This document shows positions 1 through 7,130 of a stretch of 42,417 nt of DNA, one piece after another. The translations under genes and the position numbers were made by a program. The stretch spans positions 1 to 42,417 of the forward strand of contig CANRDM010000002.1 in assembly GCA_947629365.1 (NCBI GenBank), written 5' to 3'. The stretch is from an uncultured Bacilli bacterium. GTDB lineage: Bacteria > Bacillota_I > Bacilli_A > RF39 > UBA660. Under the pieces are notes generated by a model. The model was given only the letters and a program-made list of their open reading frames with translations. It was not told the origin of the DNA and made no database searches. Each line of letters starts with the position of its first letter. Position 1 is the first letter of the stretch.

Positions 1-154
1 AAAGCTTGACATAATAAATCCTAGATAACATCTAGGCAAATTTATACTTTACAATTTCTTCAACTGCAAAACTCGGGAGAGAAAAAATATGATAAGATAA
101 AGAAGAAATAAAAGATAGAGGAGATAAGTATGTCTGTGAAAGAAAAACAAATAA

Positions 155-1846
155 TTGCAGTTTCGGGGGGGGGTATTATTACTAACAATCCTATTAATAG
201 TAGGGATTAATGTAAGTAATAAACCAAGAACAATAATAAGAGAAGACACCAAAGAACAAGTAAGAAAAGAATTTGCAATATATAAGCAGAATGCAGACAA
301 AACAAATTATGAAATATCAAATGATAATAAATTTCCTGAAGTAGGATATCTTTTAAATGAGACAAAAACAGTATGTAAAGGTTATAATGATCAAGAAATA
401 AAACCAGTTCCAGTAGTACAAGAACTAACTAATGGAGTAATAAATGGAAGTATAAGCATAAATAGTAATAATACAATCTATTGTGATTTATATTTTGATA
501 AAAATGAAACTCCAACAATAAGTAAGTTTGATGTAACAGGAAAGACAAGTGGTAATCAAAATTTAACAAATGGATTTACTTATCAAACAGATAATTTACC
601 ATTTAATGTAACATATACAGAAAGTGATGTAAAACAATATTGTATAAATGAAACAAATAATACAACAAATTGTAATTGGCAAACATTAAGTGGAACAAGT
701 GGTACATATACATTAACAAGTAAAAATGATGGAACAAAAACAATATATATATTCTTAAAAGATAAAGCAAATAATATATCAATATCATCAAGTAAAAGTA
801 TAACAGTAGATAAAACAGCCCCAGTAGTAACATCATTTACATTAACAGGAACAAATGATACAAATCAAACATTAAGTAATACATCAACTTATACACATAA
901 AAAAGAAATAAAATATAGTGCAACAATAACAGAAACAAATATGGAAGGTTATTGTATATATGAAGGTAGTAGTTGTAGTTACAATAATAACACAACAGCA
1001 ACAATAACAAATCAAAGTTATACTTTAGCAAATGAAACAGAAGGACAACATACGATAAATATAAAAGTAAAAGATAAAGCTGGAAATGAATCAGTTGTTG
1101 ATACAAATTCAACTAAAAAAATAACATTAGATAAAACAAATCCAACGGCAACAATATCATCAAAAAGTGTCACAACAAATAGTATAATAGTAACAGTAGG
1201 AAATGAAACAGATATAAGTGGAATAGTACAAAGACAATGTAAAATAAATGATCAAAATAATTGGAAAGATGCAGAGCCAAATGGAGAATGTACAATAGAT
1301 AGTTTAGATAACAAAACAGAATTAAAAGATGGACAAGAATATACAATCCAAGCAAGAGTAAAAGATGGTTCTGGAAGATGGAGTACAAATGAAGCAATTG
1401 TAAAAGTTACAACAGATAGAAAATTGACTCCAGGGCAACAAAAAGCAAAAGATGTTTTAGGAGTAGTACCAAATGGAATTAGTGATAATCTTTTAGGTGA
1501 TATGTATAGATTCTATGGTGAGTGCAATGCTTATGAAGGTGGATGCAATGGAATAGTAGATAACTTTGTATGCTTTGGATATGGCGACGCATCGAAGGAT
1601 TGCGTGAATGATGTTGAGAATATCACATACGAAAGTATTTATATGTATCGAATAATAGGAATAACGCCTGATGGTAGGCTAAAACTAATGGTTAATAACT
1701 GCGAGAGAGAAGGCTATTTTGGAACGTCTTTTTGGGATGAGGTAGCTCAGTTCGACGAAGGTGATGTAAAGTGGCCGGATTCCTCCTTGTTCAAAGAAAT
1801 TAACGGTGGGGGAGTTTTTGGACCTTTTGGATTCGTCTTGGACTGA
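155..1846 (+). CDS. Surface protein segment 1 (hydrophobic anchor plus three ~100-aa Ig-like modules; N-x-S/T rich)
   Basis: Long ORF. Module ends recur as KDKANNISISSSKSITVDKTAPVV, KVKDKAGNESVVDTNSTKKITLDKTNPTA and RVKDGSGRWSTNEAIVKVTTD (the D-x-AGN ... vDkt-P pattern of bacterial Ig-like surface repeats). The listed TTG start at 155 has no SD. Confidence 0.6.
   Translation: MQFRGGVLLLTILLIVGINVSNKPRTIIREDTKEQVRKEFAIYKQNADKTNYEISNDNKFPEVGYLLNETKTVCKGYNDQEIKPVPVVQELTNGVINGSISINSNNTIYCDLYFDKNETPTISKFDVTGKTSGNQNLTNGFTYQTDNLPFNVTYTESDVKQYCINETNNTTNCNWQTLSGTSGTYTLTSKNDGTKTIYIFLKDKANNISISSSKSITVDKTAPVVTSFTLTGTNDTNQTLSNTSTYTHKKEIKYSATITETNMEGYCIYEGSSCSYNNNTTATITNQSYTLANETEGQHTINIKVKDKAGNESVVDTNSTKKITLDKTNPTATISSKSVTTNSIIVTVGNETDISGIVQRQCKINDQNNWKDAEPNGECTIDSLDNKTELKDGQEYTIQARVKDGSGRWSTNEAIVKVTTDRKLTPGQQKAKDVLGVVPNGISDNLLGDMYRFYGECNAYEGGCNGIVDNFVCFGYGDASKDCVNDVENITYESIYMYRIIGITPDGRLKLMVNNCEREGYFGTSFWDEVAQFDEGDVKWPDSSLFKEINGGGVFGPFGFVLD
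165..173 (+). repeat. Homopolymeric G9 tract inside the 5' coding region of the surface-protein gene (candidate slipped-strand phase switch)
   Basis: Counted directly: tttc-GGGGGGGGG-tatt. G8 or G11 would put ATG-130 in frame with the 155..1846 ORF. Confidence 0.9.
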
Positions 1847-2360
1847 AAAAATAGAAGATCACTTATGGTTGTACGGAGATATTGGTGGTGAAGATGGAGA
1901 GAATAATGCTCTCGTTTTTCAAAGTGCCAAGAGCGTTTATGATATTGAAATTGGTAGAGAACAGAGCTGGAGCGGTGACTTAGTTTATTATGGATATCCT
2001 ATTGATCGATGGACAGATGTCGTCGAGACGAAAATTGGTTTAATCTATCTAAGTGATTTTATTTATGCTCATTCTGGAAATGATCTGGCGACTTGCCAAT
2101 CTGGTATGGGTTGTGATAGAGGTTGGATGCAGAGTTCGAACTCTGGTGAATTAAATCCAGAGCGTTATGAATGGACTATGACTCGCTTTGGCGTATATAA
2201 CCGAAGGACGGCTGCTTGGGCGACGATGACGTACGATCCGGGTCTGACGTCTGTACGGAGCGATATGATGTGCGCCCGCCCTACTTTTTATCTCTTGAGT
2301 GGTTTCTCTGTTGCGCGCGGTCAAGGGACGTCCCTCGACCCCTTCATCATAGCTCCATAG
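1806..2360 (+). CDS. Surface protein segment 2 (C-terminal domain), separated from segment 1 by a frameshift
   Basis: The ORF overlaps the segment 1 end. The pattern KIGLIYLSDFIYA...GWMQSS...YEWTMTR...ARPTFYL resembles a domain I recall from pilin-like and surface proteins of low-GC Gram-positives (from memory, unverified). The region is GC-rich relative to the window. Confidence 0.5.
   Translation: MGEFLDLLDSSWTEKIEDHLWLYGDIGGEDGENNALVFQSAKSVYDIEIGREQSWSGDLVYYGYPIDRWTDVVETKIGLIYLSDFIYAHSGNDLATCQSGMGCDRGWMQSSNSGELNPERYEWTMTRFGVYNRRTAAWATMTYDPGLTSVRSDMMCARPTFYLLSGFSVARGQGTSLDPFIIAP
1808..1812 (+). repeat. G5 tract at the frameshift joining the two surface-protein ORFs
   Basis: aacggt-GGGGG-agttttt. 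Deleting one G gives a continuous ...EINGGEFLDLLDSSW... reading frame. Confidence 0.8.
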
Positions 2361-2406
2361 TAACCGAGAAGGAAAACTCGTAAAAACCTCATAGACTTAA
2401 CTCTTT

Positions 2407-2436
2407 GAGAGGGAAATATTTCTCTCTCGTTTTTTG
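2407..2436 (+). terminator. Rho-independent terminator after the surface-protein gene
   Basis: GAGAGGGA-aatatt-TCTCTCTC hairpin (one G-U pair) followed by gTTTTTT. Confidence 0.6.
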
Positions 2437-2500
2437 TAGCTAAAAAGTACTTGCTTAAAATAGATTAAATATTTATAATAAATTGTTATGGAGGAAATGT

Positions 2501-3001
2501 ATGAAAGAAGAATTAAGAAAAGAGTTTTTTAAAAAATATAATGATAAGTTAGAAAAGTTAAGACAATTAAGACATAAAATAGCTTTATTAGAAGAAGATA
2601 AAAGGATTCAAAAATATAATGCATTAAAAAAAGATTTGGAGACTGCTACTGAAGATTTACGTGGCCATTTAGGATATTTTATCTTAACGAAAAAAGAATG
2701 TGAACATCAATTACTTATTCTTTTAAGTGATAAAGAAAATACATTTTATCGGTGTTTAGAATGTGGAAATATATATTTCTATAATAGTAGAGGGGTGCCT
2801 GAAGCTTTGAATGCTTTAGAAATATTTTATCCACCCTTTTCTTATCCTTGCCTTACTGATGTAGAAAACTATAAAATAATAAAGCAAAAATATGAAACAT
2901 ATTTATTAGAGGGCCTAGATATAGATGAAATTATTTCTAAACTAAAGGAAGAATATAAATCTGCTGATAAATATAAAGGAAGAATTAAAAAGAAAATATA
3001 G
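2501..3001 (+). CDS. Hypothetical protein (coiled-coil N-terminus, CxxC motif YRCLECGN)
   Basis: ORF with SD GGAGG 6 nt upstream of ATG 2501 (the track start 2483 is less likely). I recognise no family. Confidence 0.5.
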   Translation: MKEELRKEFFKKYNDKLEKLRQLRHKIALLEEDKRIQKYNALKKDLETATEDLRGHLGYFILTKKECEHQLLILLSDKENTFYRCLECGNIYFYNSRGVPEALNALEIFYPPFSYPCLTDVENYKIIKQKYETYLLEGLDIDEIISKLKEEYKSADKYKGRIKKKI

Positions 3002-3055
3002 TTGTAATTAAAATATTTTATTGATAGAATATTTACTAAACAAGGAGGATGTAAG

Positions 3056-3847
3056 ATGTTTGATTATATGTTAGGAAGAAAAATACTTGAATACGATTTT
3101 GCTAATCAAGTAGATAGATTACTTGAATGTGTTGATACTTATTATGGTTCAAAAAAAAGAATCGAAGTTCAACAATTTTTAGAAAGTCTTTTTAAGGGTG
3201 AAAAGGGAATACTAAATACTGATATTTTAAATAGTGAAGTTTTTGTAAGAGTAATTGATAGTACTTATAATAATTTTCTTTTTAGAAAAATAATTTATTA
3301 TTATTTATTACACCAAGCTTACCGTATTGGAGAGACGGTTAAAGAACCATTGAGAAAACAATTAGGATATTTCAATTCAGATGAAGATTTTAGATTAGTT
3401 TATAAAAATGCGCCGATTGAATTATTTAAATTAGCTCCAAAAAGTATTGATAAAGATGATAGAACACCATACTTTGAGTTATATAAAATGGAATATTCAG
3501 AAGATAAAAATTCTGAGCGTTCAAAAGAATTAATTAAAGAAAGAAATGCTTTTATTGAAATATTTGAAAAAATTGATTCGAATGATTGGCAAGCTCAAAA
3601 ATATTGTCAACAAACTATAGATAAAATTAGTAAAGAATTAGAAAGTTTTGGGAAAATTCCTACTGCTAATGAAAAAAGATTACCAGAAGCACTTGAAATG
3701 CAAGCAATGTTTCACGATAAATTTTTAGAAGAAACTGGCTTAACAGAAGATGATTTTACTATTACTTTAGATGATACTTCAAGAGAAACTAAAAAACTTT
3801 TAAGACGTCCCTTTTATGGAGGTAGTCGGGTAATTAAATATTATTAA
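3056..3847 (+). CDS. Hypothetical protein
   Basis: ORF preceded by AAGGAGG. No recognisable motifs. Confidence 0.5.
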   Translation: MFDYMLGRKILEYDFANQVDRLLECVDTYYGSKKRIEVQQFLESLFKGEKGILNTDILNSEVFVRVIDSTYNNFLFRKIIYYYLLHQAYRIGETVKEPLRKQLGYFNSDEDFRLVYKNAPIELFKLAPKSIDKDDRTPYFELYKMEYSEDKNSERSKELIKERNAFIEIFEKIDSNDWQAQKYCQQTIDKISKELESFGKIPTANEKRLPEALEMQAMFHDKFLEETGLTEDDFTITLDDTSRETKKLLRRPFYGGSRVIKYY

Positions 3848-3850
3848 CAA

Positions 3851-3878
3851 AATATACTTGTAATGAGTATATTTTTTT
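3851..3878 (+). terminator. Rho-independent terminator
   Basis: AATATACT-tgtaatg-AGTATATT hairpin followed by a T7 run. Confidence 0.65.
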
Positions 3879-4005
3879 GATAAAATAATTTTGGCTATTA
3901 AAAGTCAAATAAACATTAATTTTTAGCCCACGCCTAGTGCACTTTGTAGTGTGGTAAAGGGTATTAGAAATTAAGAAGAGAAAACGAAAGGATGAGTGAT
4001 TATTT

Positions 4006-5064
4006 ATGGCCGTAGTTTCTATGAGTTATTTATTAGAAGCTGGAGTTCATTTTGGACATCAAACTAAAAGATGGAATCCAAAAATGAAAGAATATATCTT
4101 TACAGCAAGAGAAGATATATATATTATTGACTTGCAAAAAACCCAAGAGTTATTAGAGGAATCTTATAACGTTATTAAAGAGATTGCTACTAATGGTGGA
4201 AAATTCTTATTTGTTGGTACTAAAAAACAAGCTCAAGATGTTTGTATTGAAGAGGCTAACAGAAGTAAATCTTACTATGTAACTGAAAGATGGTTAGGTG
4301 GTACACTTACTAATTTCCGTACTATTCGTCGTCGTGTTAAACGTTTAGAAGAAATTGAAGAAATGGAAACATCTGGTAAGTTTGAATTACTTCCTAAAAA
4401 AGAAGTTATTGGTCTTAAAAAAGAATATGATAAATTAAATCGTATTTTATCTGGTATTAGAGAGATGGATAAACTTCCACAAGCTTTAATTGTTGTCGAT
4501 CCAAAGAAAGAGTATAATGCCGTTAAAGAAGCAAGAAAATTAAATATTCCTGTTTTTGGTATTGTTGATACTAATGGTGACCCAGATGATGTTGATTATG
4601 TTATTCCAGGAAATGATGATGCCGTTCGTTCAATTAAAGTTATGCTTGGTGTTTTAAATAATGCCATTTGTGAAGCAAATGGTTTAGAATTAATTGATTA
4701 TATTAGTGAAGAAGATAAAAAAGGTACAACTAAAGAAGAAGTTAGAATGGAAGAATTAATCAAAACTGATAAATTCAATAATGCTAAAAAAGATGATTTA
4801 GAAGAAGAAAAACCAGAACAAAATAATAAAGAATTTAAGAAAAATAATAATAAAAAAGAAGTAAAAAATGAAGAACATAAAGAAGATGTAAAAGAAGTAA
4901 AAGAACATAAAGAAAATAAAGAAACTAAAGAAAAAAAAGATAATTCTTCAAAAGAAGATTTAAGTGCTAAAACTTTAGCTGAATTAAAAGAAATGGCTAA
5001 AAATGCTGGTATTAAAGGCTATAGTGCAATGAAAAAAGAAGAATTAATTAGTAATTTAAAATAA
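4006..5064 (+). CDS. rpsB: 30S ribosomal protein S2 (uS2) with a long KE-rich C-terminal extension ending in a Rho_N/SAP-like helix-extension-helix motif
   Basis: N-terminus [27 protein letters not shown] is canonical uS2. tsf lies immediately downstream. 352 aa against about 230-260 aa typical. Confidence 0.95.
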   Translation: MAVVSMSYLLEAGVHFGHQTKRWNPKMKEYIFTAREDIYIIDLQKTQELLEESYNVIKEIATNGGKFLFVGTKKQAQDVCIEEANRSKSYYVTERWLGGTLTNFRTIRRRVKRLEEIEEMETSGKFELLPKKEVIGLKKEYDKLNRILSGIREMDKLPQALIVVDPKKEYNAVKEARKLNIPVFGIVDTNGDPDDVDYVIPGNDDAVRSIKVMLGVLNNAICEANGLELIDYISEEDKKGTTKEEVRMEELIKTDKFNNAKKDDLEEEKPEQNNKEFKKNNNKKEVKNEEHKEDVKEVKEHKENKETKEKKDNSSKEDLSAKTLAELKEMAKNAGIKGYSAMKKEELISNLK

Positions 5065-5080
5065 AGAGGGAGGAATAATA

Positions 5081-5959
5081 ATGACAATTACTGCCAGTAT
5101 GGTTAAAGAATTAAGAGAAATTTCTGGCGCAGGAATGATGGATTGTAAAAGAGCTTTAGAAGAATCTAATGGCAATATGGATGAAGCAATGAATCTTTTA
5201 AGAGAAAAAGGAATTGCTAAATCAGCGAAAAAAGAAAGTAGAATTGCTGCTGAAGGACTTGCTAATATTTTTGTTGATGGTAATAAAGCCGTTATTTTAG
5301 AAGTTAATTCTGAAACTGACTTTGTATCTAAAAATCAAGAATTTATTAATATGATTGATGTAATTGGTAAAGCTTTACTAAAAAGCGATGCTAAATCTTT
5401 AGATGACGCGAATGAAGTTGATACGGAATTTGGCAAAGTTAAAGATTATATTATTGCTAATGTTGCTAAGATTGGTGAAAAATTATCATTAAGAAGATTT
5501 GAAATTGTTTCAAAAAATGATGATGAAGTTTTTGGTGCATACCTACATATGGGTGGCAAGATTGCAGCACTTACTGTTTTAAAAGGTGCAAATAGCGAAG
5601 TTGCTAAAGAAGTATCTATGCAAGCTGCCGCAATGAAACCACAATATTTAAATATTGCTGAAGTTCCAAGTGAAGTTTTAGAAAATGAAAAGAAAATTCA
5701 AAAAGAACTAGCAATGAATGAAGGAAAGCCAGCTGATATTGCTGAAAAAATGGTTGATGGACGTATTAAAAAATTCTATAAAGAAATATGTTTAGTTGAA
5801 CAACCATTTATTAAAGATGGCGATGTAAGTGTTGCTGATTACGTAGCTAAAAACGGTGGGGAAGTAATAAAAATGATTCGTTATGAAGTTGGCGAAGGTA
5901 TGGAAAAAAGAAATGATAACTTTGCTGAAGAAGTAATGAACCAAGTTAAAGGTAATTAA
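5081..5959 (+). CDS. tsf: Elongation factor Ts
   Basis: ASMVKELREISGAGMMDCKRALEE N-terminal UBA-like motif. Conserved rpsB-tsf order. Confidence 0.95.
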   Translation: MTITASMVKELREISGAGMMDCKRALEESNGNMDEAMNLLREKGIAKSAKKESRIAAEGLANIFVDGNKAVILEVNSETDFVSKNQEFINMIDVIGKALLKSDAKSLDDANEVDTEFGKVKDYIIANVAKIGEKLSLRRFEIVSKNDDEVFGAYLHMGGKIAALTVLKGANSEVAKEVSMQAAAMKPQYLNIAEVPSEVLENEKKIQKELAMNEGKPADIAEKMVDGRIKKFYKEICLVEQPFIKDGDVSVADYVAKNGGEVIKMIRYEVGEGMEKRNDNFAEEVMNQVKGN

Positions 5960-5987
5960 AAAAATCTTCAAAACGAAGATTTTTTTG
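5958..5987. terminator. Bidirectional terminator between tsf (+) and the convergent ORF 5988-6386 (-)
   Basis: AAAAAATCTTC-aaaac-GAAGATTTTTT, an A-run/T-run flanked hairpin. Confidence 0.7.
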
Positions 5988-6386
5988 TTACAATTTTCTA
6001 CTAGATAGAGATTCATCCTTTTTTAAATTAAACTTAGAAATAAATTCAATCATTTCATCATAATAATTCATTCTTTCTTTTAAAAGTAGATCAATTGGGG
6101 TATCTTCAAAAATATAAATTGTACTATCTTTTTCTGGGGCAATTGTATATAAAATGAAACCAAGTCTTAATTTTTGGATTTCTTCTTCTAATTCTTGCGA
6201 ATAATAAGTAACTCCATTCGTTTTAATATTAATTTTCGTAAGTAAATTACTAAATAATTTTTTATCTTTGCATTCTTTAATAAAATTAACTAATTGGTCA
6301 CGATTAAATTCAAAAGTTTTTTGTGATGCATAGATACCTGTAAATAAACAGATAAAATCAAATGAAGTAAAATTATCTTTTTCCAT
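5988..6386 (-). CDS. Hypothetical protein (132 aa)
   Basis: ORF with GGAGG-type SD (aggaggtttaaattaaATG on the minus strand). No recognisable family. Confidence 0.5.
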   Translation of the reverse strand: MEKDNFTSFDFICLFTGIYASQKTFEFNRDQLVNFIKECKDKKLFSNLLTKINIKTNGVTYYSQELEEEIQKLRLGFILYTIAPEKDSTIYIFEDTPIDLLLKERMNYYDEMIEFISKFNLKKDESLSSRKL

Positions 6387-6479
6387 TTAATTTAAACCTC
6401 CTTCATCTTTATTTTAGCACATTTATTACATCTTGTATATCTTTAGACATTTTGATAAAATTAAGGAGATGGTGGTAAA

Positions 6480-7130
6480 ATGATTAAAGAAAAGAAAGAG
6501 GGTTCTTTAATAGTTATATCTGCTCCTTCTGGTGCTGGTAAGGGAACGATAATTAGTGAACTTTTAAAAAGAAATAAAAACTTATGGTTATCGGTATTAA
6601 CGACTTCAAGAGAAGTGCGTAGTAATGATATTCCAGGACTTACTTATGATTTTGTAACTAAAGAAGATTTTGAAAAGAAAATAAAAGAAGATTATTTTTT
6701 AGAATATACCAATTATGCTGGTAATTATTATGGAACACCCAAAGATAAAATAATGGAAAAATTAAAGGAAGGAATAGATATTATCCTGGAAATTGAAATA
6801 GAAGGAGCTAAAAATATTCGCGATAAGTTTAGTGATGCTATCTGTATTTTTATTATGCCACCTTCTATTAAAGAGTTAGTTCATCGTCTTAAAAAAAGAG
6901 GGACTGATTCTAAAGAAGCGATAATGGCAAGATTTCAAAAAGCTTATCAAGAAATTAATGAAGTAACTAAATATAATTATGTGGTTGTTAATGATGAAGT
7001 AGAAGTTGCTACTAAAAAAATTGAAGCCATTATTTTAGCGGAAAAATGTCGAGTAGATAGAATAGAGGAAGTCGCCTTAGATACGAAAGAAGAAGCAATT
7101 CACGAATTATTAATGAGTGAGGATATATGA
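6480..7130 (+). CDS. gmk: Guanylate kinase
   Basis: P-loop SAPSGAGKGT, plus TTSRE...GLTYDFV and YAGNYYGT motifs. Length is typical. Confidence 0.9.
   Translation: MIKEKKEGSLIVISAPSGAGKGTIISELLKRNKNLWLSVLTTSREVRSNDIPGLTYDFVTKEDFEKKIKEDYFLEYTNYAGNYYGTPKDKIMEKLKEGIDIILEIEIEGAKNIRDKFSDAICIFIMPPSIKELVHRLKKRGTDSKEAIMARFQKAYQEINEVTKYNYVVVNDEVEVATKKIEAIILAEKCRVDRIEEVALDTKEEAIHELLMSEDI

Larger units (their letters stand above)
130..2360 (+). pseudogene. Frame-disrupted (possibly phase-variable) gene for a large membrane-anchored cell-surface protein with three Ig-like modules and a C-terminal globular domain
   Basis: ATG at 130 lies 6 nt after SD GAGGAG (118-123). Reading through the G9 tract (165-173) in this frame stops at TAA 208-210. 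One G fewer fuses MSVKEKQIIAVSGG to VLLLTILLIVGINVSNKP, a classic N-terminal membrane anchor. A second -1 G requirement at G5 (1808-1812) joins ...SLFKEINGG to EFLDLLDSSWTEKIEDHLW.... The paralogue at 16988 supports the ATG-130 N-terminus. Confidence 0.6.

Noticed and set aside
6-55. TTGACA (6-11) and the perfect inverted repeat CCTAGAT-aac-ATCTAGG (20-36) upstream of the surface-protein gene, as a promoter plus operator.
   Set aside because: No acceptable -10 hexamer lies 16-18 nt from the TTGACA, and the window edge truncates the context. The palindrome is real, but its role cannot be supported from sequence alone.
603-1397. Three minus-strand ORFs (603-836, 837-1112, 1170-1397) and ORF 49-300(-) overlapping the surface-protein gene.
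   Set aside because: Their translations are almost pure L/Y/F/H low-complexity, as expected for the antisense of an A-rich coding strand. They have no SD and are nested in a far better sense ORF, so they are shadow ORFs.
3880-4005. Possible structured rpsB leader (cccacgcctagtgcactttgtagtgtggtaaaggg) as an S2 autoregulatory element.
   Set aside because: Only short, imperfect complementarity (CCAC/GTGG, GTGCAC palindrome) is present. I cannot match it to a known leader family by eye, so I leave it as an unannotated 5' UTR.
4790-4960. KE-rich repetitive stretch in rpsB, as a separate gene or tandem DNA repeat.
   Set aside because: It is in frame and continuous with uS2, with no internal start or SD. 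The repetition is compositional (AAA/GAA codons) rather than a defined tandem unit.
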